This document shows, in pieces, positions 37,772-51,133 of a DNA stretch of 64,000 nucleotides. The translations under genes and the position numbers were made by a program. Each line of letters starts with the position of its first letter. Within the stretch, counting starts at the first letter, position 1. The notes below the pieces were generated by a model. The model was not told the origin of the DNA. It did not search any database and worked only from the letters and a program-made list of their open reading frames with translations. This stretch comes from Woeseiaceae bacterium (GTDB lineage: Bacteria > Pseudomonadota > Gammaproteobacteria > Steroidobacterales > Woeseiaceae): positions 1,037 to 65,036 of the forward strand of contig JBFFOM010000006.1 of NCBI GenBank assembly GCA_041574455.1. Reading direction: 5' to 3'.

Positions 37772-38859
37772 TAGATAGAGCCGGCAATCTCCTCAGCCGT
37801 TGGCGGAGGCTGATTGCAGCGGAGTTCGACGATATCGGAAACGATCTCGACGCCACCACCCTGGGCCATGTTTTCGATCATCGCGAGCTGCGGGCCCATC
37901 ATGTTTTTCACCATTTCCTGCTGTGCCGGCGGCATGCTAGCAAGCTGCCGGTCAAGGTCAGCGAGTTGTGCCTGAGCTTCGGCGAGCTGCGCCTGTTGTT
38001 CGGGCGTTAGTGCACCGCCCATGCGCATGACACTCCGAACCGGTTTGTAGAAGTTCGGGCAGTCTTCTGCGGGAAGGAAACGACTGTCGATACGCTCGAT
38101 GGTCATCGGGCGGGATTCCTTTCCCTGCGTCAGCGTTCCGGTGATCTTGAACTGCACGGTCAGGTATCTTTCCGCGTCTACCAGGATCCGGACCTGTTCC
38201 ATTCGAAAGTCGCCGTCTGGCGACTCCTGGACGACGTTCAGGCCGTCCGCACCGATCTCGATTACGTCGACACCGTCCATTTTGTGACGACCGATCAGCC
38301 GCATCTCGGACTTGAGCCGGTCGATCATTTCGCTGTTCGCTGCCATCTCGCCCTGGAAGGCAGCCTCTTCACGCGCGCTTTGCCGCTTGGAAGCTGCGCC
38401 TCCCTCGAGCATCGTGGCATAGAGATTCATCATTCCGCCGGGGCTCGTTGTGAGCCAGGGCTTTTCGGGGTTCTGCGCCACGGACACCAGCCCGCCCATG
38501 TTGCCGGCAACACCGGACTTGGCAATTTCGTCTCGAAACGCCGCGTCCGCAGCACCGCTTTGCATACGAAGTTCCATTGCGGCGCGCTCCAGGTCCTCCG
38601 GTGTGGCCGCTGCCATGTCGTTCGGTTGCTGTCGCTCCAGGATCTCGGCCATCGGTATCGGCCGAAGGTAGTCGCCATCTCTCTCGTAGTACTCCGGTAT
38701 GATGTGCCCCAGGGTCCTGGTTCGGATGTACAAGCTGTTGACGCCCGCGATGTTCGCAGCTTCCGCCTCGACCATGCGGTCGATAATCTCGGCGCCAGTC
38801 TGCGCGAGGGCCGTCGCTGGCAAAGCGAGGATGATCGTTATCAGGATTTTTCGCGGCAT
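37768..38859 (-). CDS. Secreted Met-rich protein of unknown function
   Basis: Start moved to [19 protein letters not shown] (signal peptide), 363 aa. About 24 Met by hand count, and a Q/A-rich helix [19 protein letters not shown]. Its stop codon overlaps the ssb stop. Confidence 0.7.
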   Translation of the reverse strand: MPRKILITIILALPATALAQTGAEIIDRMVEAEAANIAGVNSLYIRTRTLGHIIPEYYERDGDYLRPIPMAEILERQQPNDMAAATPEDLERAAMELRMQSGAADAAFRDEIAKSGVAGNMGGLVSVAQNPEKPWLTTSPGGMMNLYATMLEGGAASKRQSAREEAAFQGEMAANSEMIDRLKSEMRLIGRHKMDGVDVIEIGADGLNVVQESPDGDFRMEQVRILVDAERYLTVQFKITGTLTQGKESRPMTIERIDSRFLPAEDCPNFYKPVRSVMRMGGALTPEQQAQLAEAQAQLADLDRQLASMPPAQQEMVKNMMGPQLAMIENMAQGGGVEIVSDIVELRCNQPPPTAEEIAGSIY

Positions 38860-39005
38860 TGTTGTCCCCTGCAGGTTCTTGTTGTTCTGTCCCTTCGCCA
38901 ATTATTAGCGCAAATCGCGCTGTTTTTCGTCAATTCGGCAAAAAAATGTGTATGATCGCGCGCCCGCAAGGTTGCATTGCTGTATTTGCTAGAATTTCTC
39001 GGGAC

Positions 39006-40346
39006 ATGAGCAAGAAGCTTTACATCAAGACCATGGGCTGCCAGATGAACGAGTACGACTCGGAGAAGATGGCGGACGTCCTGCGTGAGTCGCACGGCTA
39101 CGAGCTGACCGACTCGCCGTTGGATGCGGACCTGCTGCTCGTCAATACCTGTTCGATCCGTGAGAAGGCCCAGGAGAAAGTGTTCTCCGAACTCGGCCGC
39201 TGGAAGCAGCTCAAGGCGAAAAACCCGAACGTGAAGATCGGTGTGGGCGGGTGTGTCGCCAGCCAGGAAGGCGACGGTATCACGAAGCGTGCGCCGTTCG
39301 TCGATGTCGTGTTCGGTCCGCAGACCTTGCACCGGCTCCCCGAACTCATCGACGGCGCAGAAAAGTCGCAATCTTCAGTCGTCGACGTGTCGTTCCCCGA
39401 GATCGAGAAGTTCGACCGGCTGCCGGAGCCCCGGGCCGAAGGGCCGACGGCTTTCGTCTCGGTCATGGAGGGCTGCAGCAAGTACTGCAGTTTCTGCGTC
39501 GTGCCGTACACGCGCGGCGAGGAGATCAGTCGCCCGTTCGATGACGTCATCGCCGAGGTTGCCACGCTCGCCGGACAGGGCGTACGCGAGGTCAACCTGC
39601 TCGGCCAGAATGTCAACGCGTACCGGGGGCCGATGCACGACGGCGCGATCGCCGATCTCGCGTCCCTCATCTATTACGTTGCTGCTATCGACGGCATCGA
39701 TCGAATTCGCTTCACAACCTCCCACCCGGTCGAGTTCACCGACAGCCTGATCCAGGCCTATGCCGAGGTGCCCAAGCTCGCAAGCTACCTGCATCTGCCC
39801 GTGCAGCACGGTTCCGACCGAATACTGGCGGCCATGAAGCGTGGTCATACCGTGCTCGAGTACAAGCAGAAGATTCGCAAGCTGCGCGAAGCGCGGCCCG
39901 GTATCTCCCTGAGCTCGGATTTCATCGTCGGTTTTCCGGGCGAGACTGATGCGGATTTCGAGAAGCTCATGGACCTCATCGCCGCGATCGATTTCGATCA
40001 GTCGTTCAGCTTCGTCTACAGCGCGCGTCCCGGGACGCCGGCCGCATCACTCGATGACACGACACCGCTCGCGGTCAAGAAGGAACGCCTGCAGATTCTG
40101 CAGGCGCGCATCAACCAGCAGGCACTCGAGATCAGCCGCGCCATGGTTGGCACGACGCAGAAAGTCCTGGTAGAAAAACTCTCGAAGAAGAGCGACCGTC
40201 AGGTGTCGGGGCGCACCGAGAATAACCGCTGGGTCAACTTCGATGCGAATGCGTCGCTGATTGGCGAATTCGTCGATGTGATCATCACCGAGGCGTTGCC
40301 CAATTCCCTGCGCGGCCGACTTGCGAACGAAACAGTCGCAGCGTAG
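39006..40346 (+). CDS. miaB: tRNA (N6-isopentenyl-A37) methylthiotransferase MiaB
   Basis: Start moved to [22 protein letters not shown] (446 aa). Radical-SAM [15 protein letters not shown] motif and a TRAM C-terminus. Confidence 0.95.
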   Translation: MSKKLYIKTMGCQMNEYDSEKMADVLRESHGYELTDSPLDADLLLVNTCSIREKAQEKVFSELGRWKQLKAKNPNVKIGVGGCVASQEGDGITKRAPFVDVVFGPQTLHRLPELIDGAEKSQSSVVDVSFPEIEKFDRLPEPRAEGPTAFVSVMEGCSKYCSFCVVPYTRGEEISRPFDDVIAEVATLAGQGVREVNLLGQNVNAYRGPMHDGAIADLASLIYYVAAIDGIDRIRFTTSHPVEFTDSLIQAYAEVPKLASYLHLPVQHGSDRILAAMKRGHTVLEYKQKIRKLREARPGISLSSDFIVGFPGETDADFEKLMDLIAAIDFDQSFSFVYSARPGTPAASLDDTTPLAVKKERLQILQARINQQALEISRAMVGTTQKVLVEKLSKKSDRQVSGRTENNRWVNFDANASLIGEFVDVIITEALPNSLRGRLANETVAA

Positions 40347-40393
40347 TCTCAGGTACACAGCAGCGTCCTTTACAGAGGTTCCGGAAACACATT

Positions 40394-41368
40394 TTGAGTG
40401 CTGTACAGATTTCTCGAGACATCGTTCTCGAGCCCGCCGATAACAACCGCCTTGCCAATCTTTGCGGCCAGTTTGATGAACATCTGCGGCAGATAGAGCG
40501 CCGCCTCAACGTCGAAATCGCAAGTCGAGGTAACCGCTTCAGGATCACCGGTCATTCCGGTGCGGCCGAGGTCGGTGGCAACGTTCTCGCCCGCCTGTTC
40601 GAACTAACTGATCACGAACGACTCGACCCCGAACGCGTGCACATGATGTTGCAGGAGTCTTTTATGGATGACATCAACGATGATGCATCGCGCCATGGAG
40701 ACGCTGGCGAAGAGGTCGCGATCCAGACACGTCGTAAACTTATTCGCGCGCGTGGTGCCAACCAGTCGGCGTATGTCCGGAGCATCCGCGACCACGACCT
40801 GGCATTCGGCATTGGTCCGGCCGGTACCGGCAAGACATACCTCGCGGTTGCCTGTGCTGTCGACGCGCTCGAGTCCGAGCAGATTCGCCGCATCGTACTC
40901 GTACGTCCCGCGGTCGAAGCGGGTGAGCGGCTCGGCTTCCTGCCCGGCGATTTGTCGCAAAAAGTCGATCCTTACCTGCGCCCGATGTATGACGCGCTTT
41001 ACGACATGATCGGTGCCGAGCGCGTGACGCGCCTGATCGAGCGCAATATCATCGAGATCGCGCCGCTTGCCTTCATGCGCGGTCGTTCGCTCAATGAATC
41101 GTTCGTCATCCTCGACGAAGCGCAGAACACGAGCCTCGAGCAGATGAAGATGTTCCTCACGCGCATCGGTTTCGGTTCGCGTGCCGTGGTCACGGGCGAC
41201 GTCACGCAGATCGATCTGCCGAACGGTCAGCAATCGGGCCTCAAGAATGCGACTGAAGTGCTTGCTGACGTTGAGGGCGTCGCGTTCACCTACTTCACGC
41301 GCAAGGACGTCGTGCGTCACCATCTCGTGCAGCGCATTGTGCAAGCCTACGAAGAAAGTGAAAATTGA
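40394..41368 (+). CDS. ybeZ: PhoH-like ATPase (YbeZ)
   Basis: 324 aa, TTG start. GPAGTGKTYLA Walker A and VILDEAQN Walker B; conserved miaB-ybeZ-ybeY-corC-lnt order. Confidence 0.92.
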   Translation: MSAVQISRDIVLEPADNNRLANLCGQFDEHLRQIERRLNVEIASRGNRFRITGHSGAAEVGGNVLARLFELTDHERLDPERVHMMLQESFMDDINDDASRHGDAGEEVAIQTRRKLIRARGANQSAYVRSIRDHDLAFGIGPAGTGKTYLAVACAVDALESEQIRRIVLVRPAVEAGERLGFLPGDLSQKVDPYLRPMYDALYDMIGAERVTRLIERNIIEIAPLAFMRGRSLNESFVILDEAQNTSLEQMKMFLTRIGFGSRAVVTGDVTQIDLPNGQQSGLKNATEVLADVEGVAFTYFTRKDVVRHHLVQRIVQAYEESEN

Positions 41369-41840
41369 CGTTCACGTGCAGCTTGCCTGCGAAGGCATTG
41401 CAATACCGTCGGCTGACGTCGTCAGGTCGTGGGTTGCACGAGCAATCGATGCGGCAGCAGATATCGAAGATGCGGAAGTCTCGGTCCGGGTCGTGGATGC
41501 CGAGGAGATCCGGGCTCTGAACCGCGAATACCGCGACAAGGACAAGACTACAAACGTGCTGTCGTTTCCCGCAGGCCCTGTGGCGGGCATGCCGGAAGGT
41601 GAACCCGTGTTGCTCGGCGATATTGTTGTCTGCGCGAGTGTCGTGCACGCCGAGGCTGCAGAACAGGGCAAGACCGATACTGATCACTGGGCCCACATGT
41701 TCGTGCACGGGACGCTGCACCTCCTGGGCTTCGACCACGTGCTGGACGAGGACGCTACCGTGATGGAAGCGCTGGAAACCCGTATCCTTGTCAGCCAGGG
41801 GATTGCCGACCCTTATGGGGCGGCGGTCCGGAACTGCTAG
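41358..41840 (+). CDS. ybeY: rRNA maturation endoribonuclease YbeY
   Basis: A GTG start inside the track ORF gives 160 aa. HGTLHLLGFDH zinc-binding motif; 11-nt overlap with ybeZ. Confidence 0.92.
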   Translation: MKIDVHVQLACEGIAIPSADVVRSWVARAIDAAADIEDAEVSVRVVDAEEIRALNREYRDKDKTTNVLSFPAGPVAGMPEGEPVLLGDIVVCASVVHAEAAEQGKTDTDHWAHMFVHGTLHLLGFDHVLDEDATVMEALETRILVSQGIADPYGAAVRNC

Positions 41841-41852
41841 AATCAAAGAGCT

Positions 41853-42704
41853 ATGAACGACAAACCTCCGAGTACCAGCGGCCCGGGAGCCCCTGGCCTG
41901 GTAGCGCGAATCCGGCGCGCATTCCGGGGCGAACCCTGGAGCCGCGACGAAATTCAGACCTTCATCGAATCGGAAGTCGAACTCGACGCAGAAGAAAAGA
42001 GCATGCTGACGGGCGTCCTCGAGGTGTCCGAAACGCAGGTGCGCGACGTCATGATTCCGCGCTCCCAGATGGTCGTCATCGACATCGAGGACGACTTCGA
42101 CGAGATGGTCGCCACGATCGTAAAGTCCGGGCATTCGCGTTTCCCGGTCATTGGCGCAGACCGGGATGAAGTTCTCGGGATATTGCTGGCCAAGGATCTG
42201 CTGCGCTACTTTGGCACCGACGCGGCGCGCGAGGTCCAGATCAGGAAGCTATTGCGCCACGCGGCCGTGATTCCCGAGTCCAAGCGACTCAACGCGCTGC
42301 TCAAGGAATTCCGGGCCAGCCACAATCACATGGCGATCGTCGTCGACGAATATGGTGGCGTTGCCGGTCTGCTGACGATCGAAGACGTCCTCGAGGAGAT
42401 CGTAGGTGAAATCGAAGATGAACATGATGACGAGGAGGCGGCGTTTATCCGTCCTGACGGCGACCGCAACGGCAAGCCCAGCTTCGCAGTCCGTGCGTTG
42501 ACCCGCATCGAGGATTTCAACGGATATTTCGAGTGCGAGCTTGATGACGAGGAGTACGACACGATCGGCGGCCTCGTCATGCACGAACTCGGGCGCTTGC
42601 CGCGCCGTGGGGAAAAGGTAAACTTCGGCGGATTCGAGTTCGCTGTCATCAAGGCGGACAAACGGCGCATCGATGCGCTGCAGGTGCAACGACTGGGCGA
42701 ATGA
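41853..42704 (+). CDS. corC: CBS-pair/CorC_HlyC domain magnesium/cobalt efflux protein CorC
   Basis: 283 aa. Tandem CBS (VRDVMIPRSQMVV ..., HMAIVVDEYGGVAGLLTIEDVLEEIVGEIEDE) plus a CorC C-terminal domain. Confidence 0.92.
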   Translation: MNDKPPSTSGPGAPGLVARIRRAFRGEPWSRDEIQTFIESEVELDAEEKSMLTGVLEVSETQVRDVMIPRSQMVVIDIEDDFDEMVATIVKSGHSRFPVIGADRDEVLGILLAKDLLRYFGTDAAREVQIRKLLRHAAVIPESKRLNALLKEFRASHNHMAIVVDEYGGVAGLLTIEDVLEEIVGEIEDEHDDEEAAFIRPDGDRNGKPSFAVRALTRIEDFNGYFECELDDEEYDTIGGLVMHELGRLPRRGEKVNFGGFEFAVIKADKRRIDALQVQRLGE

Positions 42705-42708
42705 ACGA

Positions 42709-44244
42709 GTGGTCAAATACGGGCATCCGATATTTCGACTGGCAGCTGACCGGCCTCGGCTGAGTCGGCTCATTGCGTTCATTCTCGGCGCGGCGACGAC
42801 GCTGTCGTTCGCGCCCTACGGCTGGTCGCTGCTCGCGCCTGTCTTACTGCTGCCGGTTCTCTACGTACTTCTGACCACCGCCCCCAGGGACGCGGTATGG
42901 CATGCGTTCTGGTACAGCTTCGGCCTGTTCCTGACGGGCACCTACTGGATCTACATCTCGGTACACGTTTTTGGCAACGCGGCCCTGTGGATCGCTTTGC
43001 TTCTCATGGTGGTCCTGGCGCTGATCATGGCAGTCGTTGGCGCACTCGGCGGCTGGCTCATCAATCGTGTGTCGCAGGGTGAGCCGTGGCAGTTGCTGGC
43101 GGTCGCACCGGCCACGTGGGTGTTGGTCGAATGGGTGCGCAGCTGGATCTTCACGGGCTTCCCCTGGATGGCACTGGGCTACGGGCAGATCGACACCGGG
43201 CTCTCCGGCTGGGCGCCGGTTCTCGGCGTCTACGGCGTGTCGTTCATGGTGGCGCTGACGGCGACAGCCGTCATACCCGCGGCGATGGCGCTGACGCTGC
43301 GGGGTCGCCTCGTCGGGGGCGCGACTGTCGTGCTGCCGTGGTTGCTGGGCAGCCTGCTGCTGCTGGTCGACTGGACCGAACCCGAGGGCGACAAGATTCG
43401 CGCAACGGTCATCCAGGCGGGCCTGACCCAGGATCAGAAATGGGACCCGCAGCAGCTGCGTCCGATCATGCGCTACTTTCACTCTGAGACATTGAGCGTT
43501 CCCGACAGCGACATCGTGCTGTGGCCCGAGGTCGCGATTCCGGCGCTCGATGACAACGTGGAGCAGTTTATCGACGTCATTGAAACGGACGCGCGGCGGG
43601 CCGGGCAGATGGTTCTGTTCGGCGTGCTCGAGCGCAGTTTCGAACGCAGCGTCGAAGGGCGCATCTACAACAGCATGGTGCTCGTCGGCGGCGAGGAACG
43701 GCAGGTCTACCGCAAGCGTCACCTCGTGCCTTTTGGCGAATATTTCCCGGTGCCGCCCAGCGTGCGCCAGTGGATGAAGATGCAGAACCTGCCGCATTCC
43801 GACCTCACCAAGGGCGACGACAGGCAGCCGCTCCTGACCATGCCCGACGGCGTCCAGTTCGGCACCGCGATTTGCTACGAGGATGCATTCGGCTCTGAGC
43901 AGCTGTACGCCCTGCCGGCAGCGAGCGTGCTGATCAACGTGAGCAACGACGCCTGGTTCGGTGACTCCATCGCGGCGTACCAGCATCTCGAGATTGCGCG
44001 CATGCGCTCACTCGAGTTCGGTCGGCCGACGATCCGTTCGACCAACACGGGCATCACCGCGTTCATCGCCCACGACGGAAGCCTGCGCTGGACTGGTGCG
44101 CAGTTCGAGCCCGTGCTAATGACGATGGACGTCCAGCCGCGCAAGGGAGCCACGCCGTACGTGCGCGTCGGCAACTGGCCGATCCTCGGGCTGAGCTTCG
44201 CAATCCTCGGGTTCTTCTGGATTCGCAATCGGGCCCGCCTCTGA
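42709..44244 (+). CDS. lnt: Apolipoprotein N-acyltransferase
   Basis: Polytopic N-terminus (TLSFAPYGW) plus a CN-hydrolase domain (KRHLVPFGEYFP, AICYE). The GTG at 42709 is preferred because it follows the corC stop. The track ATG at 42673 would overlap corC by 32 nt, so the start is uncertain. Confidence 0.9.
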   Translation: MVKYGHPIFRLAADRPRLSRLIAFILGAATTLSFAPYGWSLLAPVLLLPVLYVLLTTAPRDAVWHAFWYSFGLFLTGTYWIYISVHVFGNAALWIALLLMVVLALIMAVVGALGGWLINRVSQGEPWQLLAVAPATWVLVEWVRSWIFTGFPWMALGYGQIDTGLSGWAPVLGVYGVSFMVALTATAVIPAAMALTLRGRLVGGATVVLPWLLGSLLLLVDWTEPEGDKIRATVIQAGLTQDQKWDPQQLRPIMRYFHSETLSVPDSDIVLWPEVAIPALDDNVEQFIDVIETDARRAGQMVLFGVLERSFERSVEGRIYNSMVLVGGEERQVYRKRHLVPFGEYFPVPPSVRQWMKMQNLPHSDLTKGDDRQPLLTMPDGVQFGTAICYEDAFGSEQLYALPAASVLINVSNDAWFGDSIAAYQHLEIARMRSLEFGRPTIRSTNTGITAFIAHDGSLRWTGAQFEPVLMTMDVQPRKGATPYVRVGNWPILGLSFAILGFFWIRNRARL

Positions 44245-44247
44245 TAG

Positions 44248-47202
<2,955 letters not shown>

Positions 47203-47206
<4 letters not shown>

Positions 47207-47694
47207 CCGAGGTCCTGACGGTTGGCGACGTCGGCGCCGGCGCGCTCGCTGTGCTATTGCGGCGTTACGGGCTCGAGCTTGTGGTCCAGTTACCGGGCGA
47301 GGTGATCACCGGCAGTTTCTGGGGCGAGTCGGAAGCCGGTGTCGTCGGCAGAAGAGTATACGTGCGTCGCGATACGCCAGCGCATTCACTCCTGCACGAG
47401 GCCTGCCACGTGATCTGCATGGACGATGAGCGTCGTTGTTGCCTGGAGCGCGACGCGGGCGGCGATGATCTCGAGGAGGCAGCCGTGTGCTACCTGCAGG
47501 TGCTGCTGGCCGATCAGTTACCGGGGGTCGGGCGGGATCGGCTTATGGCGGACATGGATATATGGGGCTACAGCTTCCGGCTCGGCAATACGCGCGCGTG
47601 GTTCGATGCCGATGCCGATGACGCGAAAGAATTCCTCTTGGAACACGGGCTTATTGATATTGCCGGCGAGCCGCAGTTCCGCCTGAGGGCCTGA
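47203..47694 (+). CDS. Hypothetical protein with HExxH and clustered Cys (putative small metalloprotein)
   Basis: 163 codons with local codon bias. The TTG start overlaps the lptE TGA as TTGA. HEACH motif followed by the Cys-rich VICMDDERRCC...AAVCY. Confidence 0.6.
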
Positions 47695-47721
47695 GACTCG
47701 CCCACGGGTGTATAGTCGCGT

Positions 47722-48420
47722 ATGACCTGGATTCGCTTCCCCATCTACTTCGTGATGATCGCGCTCGTTACCTGGGCGATTGCGCAACTCGAATTGGCGT
47801 CGCCCGGCAGCCTCAAGCTGCATGTCCTGGTCAATGACACCGACGTCTACGGCACGAGTGAGTTCTCGCCGATCGAATTCATCCAGGCAATCATTCTCTT
47901 TGCCTGCGGCGTCATCATGGGCTGGGTGGCGCGCTACTGTCCGTCGCAACGCCCGCTGGCGTTCCTCCTCGGTGGGCTGGCGCTGGCGTTCCTGATTCGC
48001 GAACTGCACTTCTTCTTCGACCAGTACATCATCGACAATCTCTGGCAGATGCCGATGGCCATCGTGGGTGCACTGCTCATTGTCTACACATGGCGCCACC
48101 GGAAGCGCATGCGCATCGCGCTGGCGCGCATCTGGCCGTCACCCGGGCTGACGTTATTGTTCTCGGGTGCCGTCATCCTGTTCGCGTTCGTGCAGCTTAT
48201 CGGCCACGAACCGCTATGGCAGTCCATTCTGGGAGAGCACTACCTGCGCGTGACCAAGCTGGCCATCGAAGAGTTCATTGAACTGATCGGTTACTTCCTG
48301 TGGATGATCGGCACCATTGACTATGCGTTCCAGGCCCGCGCCATCGCATATCGCAAACCTTTACCCGCCGCGCGCCGCCGCCGCGAAAAACGCCGCCACG
48401 ACGCCGAGCGCAACTTCTAG
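47722..48420 (+). CDS. Hypothetical polytopic membrane protein
   Basis: 232 aa with about 5-6 hydrophobic helices and a basic tail ARRRREKRRHDAERNF. I recognise no motif. Confidence 0.65.
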   Translation: MTWIRFPIYFVMIALVTWAIAQLELASPGSLKLHVLVNDTDVYGTSEFSPIEFIQAIILFACGVIMGWVARYCPSQRPLAFLLGGLALAFLIRELHFFFDQYIIDNLWQMPMAIVGALLIVYTWRHRKRMRIALARIWPSPGLTLLFSGAVILFAFVQLIGHEPLWQSILGEHYLRVTKLAIEEFIELIGYFLWMIGTIDYAFQARAIAYRKPLPAARRRREKRRHDAERNF

Positions 48421-48465
48421 TAGGAGCGCGTCTTACGTGCGATCGCCCGCGAGGCGGGCTCCTAC
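48420..48465. repeat. REP-like element, head-to-head pair between convergent genes
   Basis: GTAGGAGCGCG... forms an imperfect hairpin at 48426-48440. GCCCGC-GAG-GCGGGC (48445-48459) is followed by TCCTAC, giving a perfect reverse GTAGGAGC. The element overlaps the TAG of the plus gene and the stop of hisI. Confidence 0.8.
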
Positions 48466-48959
48466 AAAACCGTGGGATTCGGCGCGTCGCCGTAGACTTC
48501 TGCGGGGTCGAATACTTTCTCGGTCTCGGTCCACTCGAGTTCGACGTGACCTTCCTGCTGTCTTGCTTCGAAGTCCCCGGCCACCGGCACTTTGCGGTAG
48601 AAGCAGGAGCGGTAGCCGACATGGCAGCTGGCGCCGCCGGCAACGTCGACGCGCAGCCAGACGCAGTCCTGATCGTCGTCGATAAAGAGCTCGCGCACGG
48701 TCTGTACGAGGCCGCTGGTCGCTCCCTTGTGCCACAGGACCTGGCGGCTGCGACTCCAGTAATGCGCTTCGCCGGTCGAGATGGTCAGCTGCAGCGCCTC
48801 CGCATTCATGTAGCCCTGCATCAGCAGCTCGCCGCTGTCGGCATCGGTGGTTACAACGGTAATCAGTCCGCGGTCGTCAAACTTCGGTGCAAGGTCGTTG
48901 CCTTCCTCGACCTGTTCGATAGATATGCGGGCTTGAAATCGGACCGGGGCACCAGACAT
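48462..48959 (-). CDS. hisI: Phosphoribosyl-AMP cyclohydrolase (monofunctional HisI)
   Basis: Start moved to MSGAPVRF... (165 aa). [35 protein letters not shown] and DCVWLRVDV...SCH motifs of HisI. No hisE is adjacent. The C-terminus runs about 30 aa beyond the core. Confidence 0.88.
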   Translation of the reverse strand: MSGAPVRFQARISIEQVEEGNDLAPKFDDRGLITVVTTDADSGELLMQGYMNAEALQLTISTGEAHYWSRSRQVLWHKGATSGLVQTVRELFIDDDQDCVWLRVDVAGGASCHVGYRSCFYRKVPVAGDFEARQQEGHVELEWTETEKVFDPAEVYGDAPNPTVL

Positions 48960-49071
48960 CGTGGTATCTCGCAACAATAGCGGGCCGGAAGAATACCTAG
49001 CGTAGCCGACTCGAGCAATATTGCTATGATTGCGTTTTTCCTCGTTACGAACCAGGGCCGGACCGAACACC

Positions 49072-50451
49072 ATGACGATACAGCTGCACGACACGCTTCG
49101 CGGCAGGAAGGTGCCTTTCGAGCCCCAGAACGAGGGCGAGGTGACGATGTACCTGTGCGGACCGACCGTCTACAACTATGCGCACATCGGCAACGCGCGC
49201 CCGGCCGTCGTATTCGACCTGCTGGCTCGCATCCTGCGGCGACGCTACAAGCTGACCTTCGCGCGCAACATCACGGATGTCGACGACAAGATCATCGCGG
49301 CGTCGCGCGAGTCGGGTAAGTCGATCGACGAGATCACGTCGCACTACGCGGCCATTTACAATGAGGATATGGGTGCGCTCGGCGTGCAGCGCCCGGACGT
49401 GGAGCCCTACGCGACCCAGCATATTGACGTCATGATCGCGATGATCCAGAAACTCGTCGACCAGGGGAACGCCTACGAGGCCGAGGGACATGTGCTGTTC
49501 GATGTCGAGTCGCACGATCACTATGGTGAACTCTCGAAACGCGACCTGCGGGAGATGATTGCCGGTTCGCGCGTGGAAGTGGCCCCCTACAAGAATGCGG
49601 CCCAGGACTTTGTCCTGTGGAAGCCGTCAACCGACGAACAGCCTGGCTGGGATTCACCGTGGGGCCGGGGTCGACCCGGCTGGCACATCGAGTGCTCGGC
49701 GATGGCCGAGAAGCATCTCGGCGACACGATTGACATTCACGCGGGCGGCCAGGACCTGATCTTTCCGCACCACGAGAACGAATGCGCCCAGTCGCGCTGC
49801 GCGCACGGTGGTGCGCCGTTTGCGCGCTACTGGTTGCACAACGGGTTCCTGAGCGTGGATGAGACCAAGATGTCGAAGTCGCTTGGCAACGTCCTGCTCG
49901 TCCACGACCTGATCAAGACAATCCCGGGTGAGGTTATTCGCCTGGCATTATTGAACGCGCATTACCGTCAGCCGCTCGACTGGTCGGCGGAGGCCATCGC
50001 CTCGGCACGGCGCATGCTCGACCGCCTGTACGGCGCCGTGCGGGGCATAGCGATATCCGATGAGGCTCGCGCTGCGGCCGATGTCCCCGAGGCACTCGTT
50101 GCGGCACTGGAGGACGACCTCAATACGCCAAAAGCGATGGCCGAGTACTTCGCCCTGGCGCGGACGCTGAACAAATCGAACGACCCCGCCGAGATGGAAG
50201 GTCTTGCTGCGCAAATGTATGCGGCGGGTGAGCTCCTGGGACTGCTGGGTAACGACCCTGAAGAGTGGTTCGCCGGTGATGTCGAGGGCGACGTCGCGGC
50301 GGACGAGATCGAGGCGCTGATTGCGAAGCGCAACGAAGCGCGCGCGAGCAAGGACTGGGGGGCCGCCGATTCCGTTCGTGACCAGCTCAAGGAGATGGGC
50401 ATCGCAATCGAGGACGGGCCACAGGGGACGACCTGGCGCCGGACCTCCTGA
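49072..50451 (+). CDS. cysS: Cysteine--tRNA ligase
   Basis: Start moved to [16 protein letters not shown]... (459 aa). [16 protein letters not shown] (HIGH) and KMSKSLGN motifs. Confidence 0.96.
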   Translation: MTIQLHDTLRGRKVPFEPQNEGEVTMYLCGPTVYNYAHIGNARPAVVFDLLARILRRRYKLTFARNITDVDDKIIAASRESGKSIDEITSHYAAIYNEDMGALGVQRPDVEPYATQHIDVMIAMIQKLVDQGNAYEAEGHVLFDVESHDHYGELSKRDLREMIAGSRVEVAPYKNAAQDFVLWKPSTDEQPGWDSPWGRGRPGWHIECSAMAEKHLGDTIDIHAGGQDLIFPHHENECAQSRCAHGGAPFARYWLHNGFLSVDETKMSKSLGNVLLVHDLIKTIPGEVIRLALLNAHYRQPLDWSAEAIASARRMLDRLYGAVRGIAISDEARAAADVPEALVAALEDDLNTPKAMAEYFALARTLNKSNDPAEMEGLAAQMYAAGELLGLLGNDPEEWFAGDVEGDVAADEIEALIAKRNEARASKDWGAADSVRDQLKEMGIAIEDGPQGTTWRRTS

Positions 50452-50870
50452 TGAGCAGCGAAGTTGCAGAGGCGCAGCAGGAGATCATCGACGAGTTCAG
50501 CCTGTTCGATGACTGGATGGATCGTTACCAGTACCTGATCGACCTCGGTCGCCGGCTCCCCGAGCTGCCCGACGATCTGCGCACTGAGGAAAACCGCATT
50601 CGCGGGTGCCAGTCGCAGGTATGGTTCGTGCCCGAGCAGAGAGACGGACGCCTGTACTTCCAGGCGATCAGCGACGCGGCGATCGTATCCGGGCTGATCG
50701 CGTTGTTACTGCGGCTCTACAGCGGACGCTACCCACAGGATATCCTCGACACGCCGCCCGATTTCGTCGAGGCGCTGCAACTGCAGAGCCACCTGAGCCC
50801 GACGCGCAGCAACGGCCTGAGCTCGATGCTCAGGGCCATTCGCAGATTCGCGGCGGAGGCAGTTGCCTGA
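50451..50870 (+). CDS. sufE: SufE-family sulfur acceptor protein
   Basis: 139 aa. [11 protein letters not shown] contains the conserved persulfide-acceptor Cys. The ATG shares one nucleotide with the cysS TGA. Confidence 0.85.
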   Translation: MSSEVAEAQQEIIDEFSLFDDWMDRYQYLIDLGRRLPELPDDLRTEENRIRGCQSQVWFVPEQRDGRLYFQAISDAAIVSGLIALLLRLYSGRYPQDILDTPPDFVEALQLQSHLSPTRSNGLSSMLRAIRRFAAEAVA

Positions 50871-51133
50871 TGCCGGGTGCGGTCAGTCGGGCGCTGGCCA
50901 GGCCGCTGATCGGACTCGTACGATTCTATCGCGTTGCCCTGTCGCCCTGGCTGGGCATGAACTGCCGTTTCCAGCCGACCTGTTCAAGCTATGCGATCGA
51001 GGTGCTAGAGGTGCACGGCGCGCTCAAGGGCGGCTGGCTCGCGCTAAAGCGCATCGGCCGCTGCCATCCCTGGGGCGGCTCGGGCTACGATCCCGTTCCC
51101 CGCACCGAAAAGGACGACGATGAGACCATTTGA
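50870..51133 (+). CDS. yidD: Membrane protein insertion efficiency factor YidD
   Basis: Internal ATG of track ORF 50606..51133 gives 87 aa. [32 protein letters not shown] and [13 protein letters not shown] are canonical YidD. 1-nt overlap with the sufE stop. Confidence 0.9.
   Translation: MPGAVSRALARPLIGLVRFYRVALSPWLGMNCRFQPTCSSYAIEVLEVHGALKGGWLALKRIGRCHPWGGSGYDPVPRTEKDDDETI

Noticed and set aside
38907-38927. AGCGC-AAATC-GCGCT followed by GTTTTT, a terminator-like hairpin in the spacer upstream of miaB
   Set aside because: The stem is only 5 bp, and no plus-strand gene ends upstream of it, because the preceding gene is on the minus strand. It is likely fortuitous or part of the divergent promoter region.
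49015-49024. Perfect 10-bp palindrome GCAATATTGC in the hisI-cysS divergent spacer, considered as an operator
   Set aside because: It is a single short AT-cored palindrome with no second copy seen in the window and no known regulator motif that I can match. This is too weak to call.
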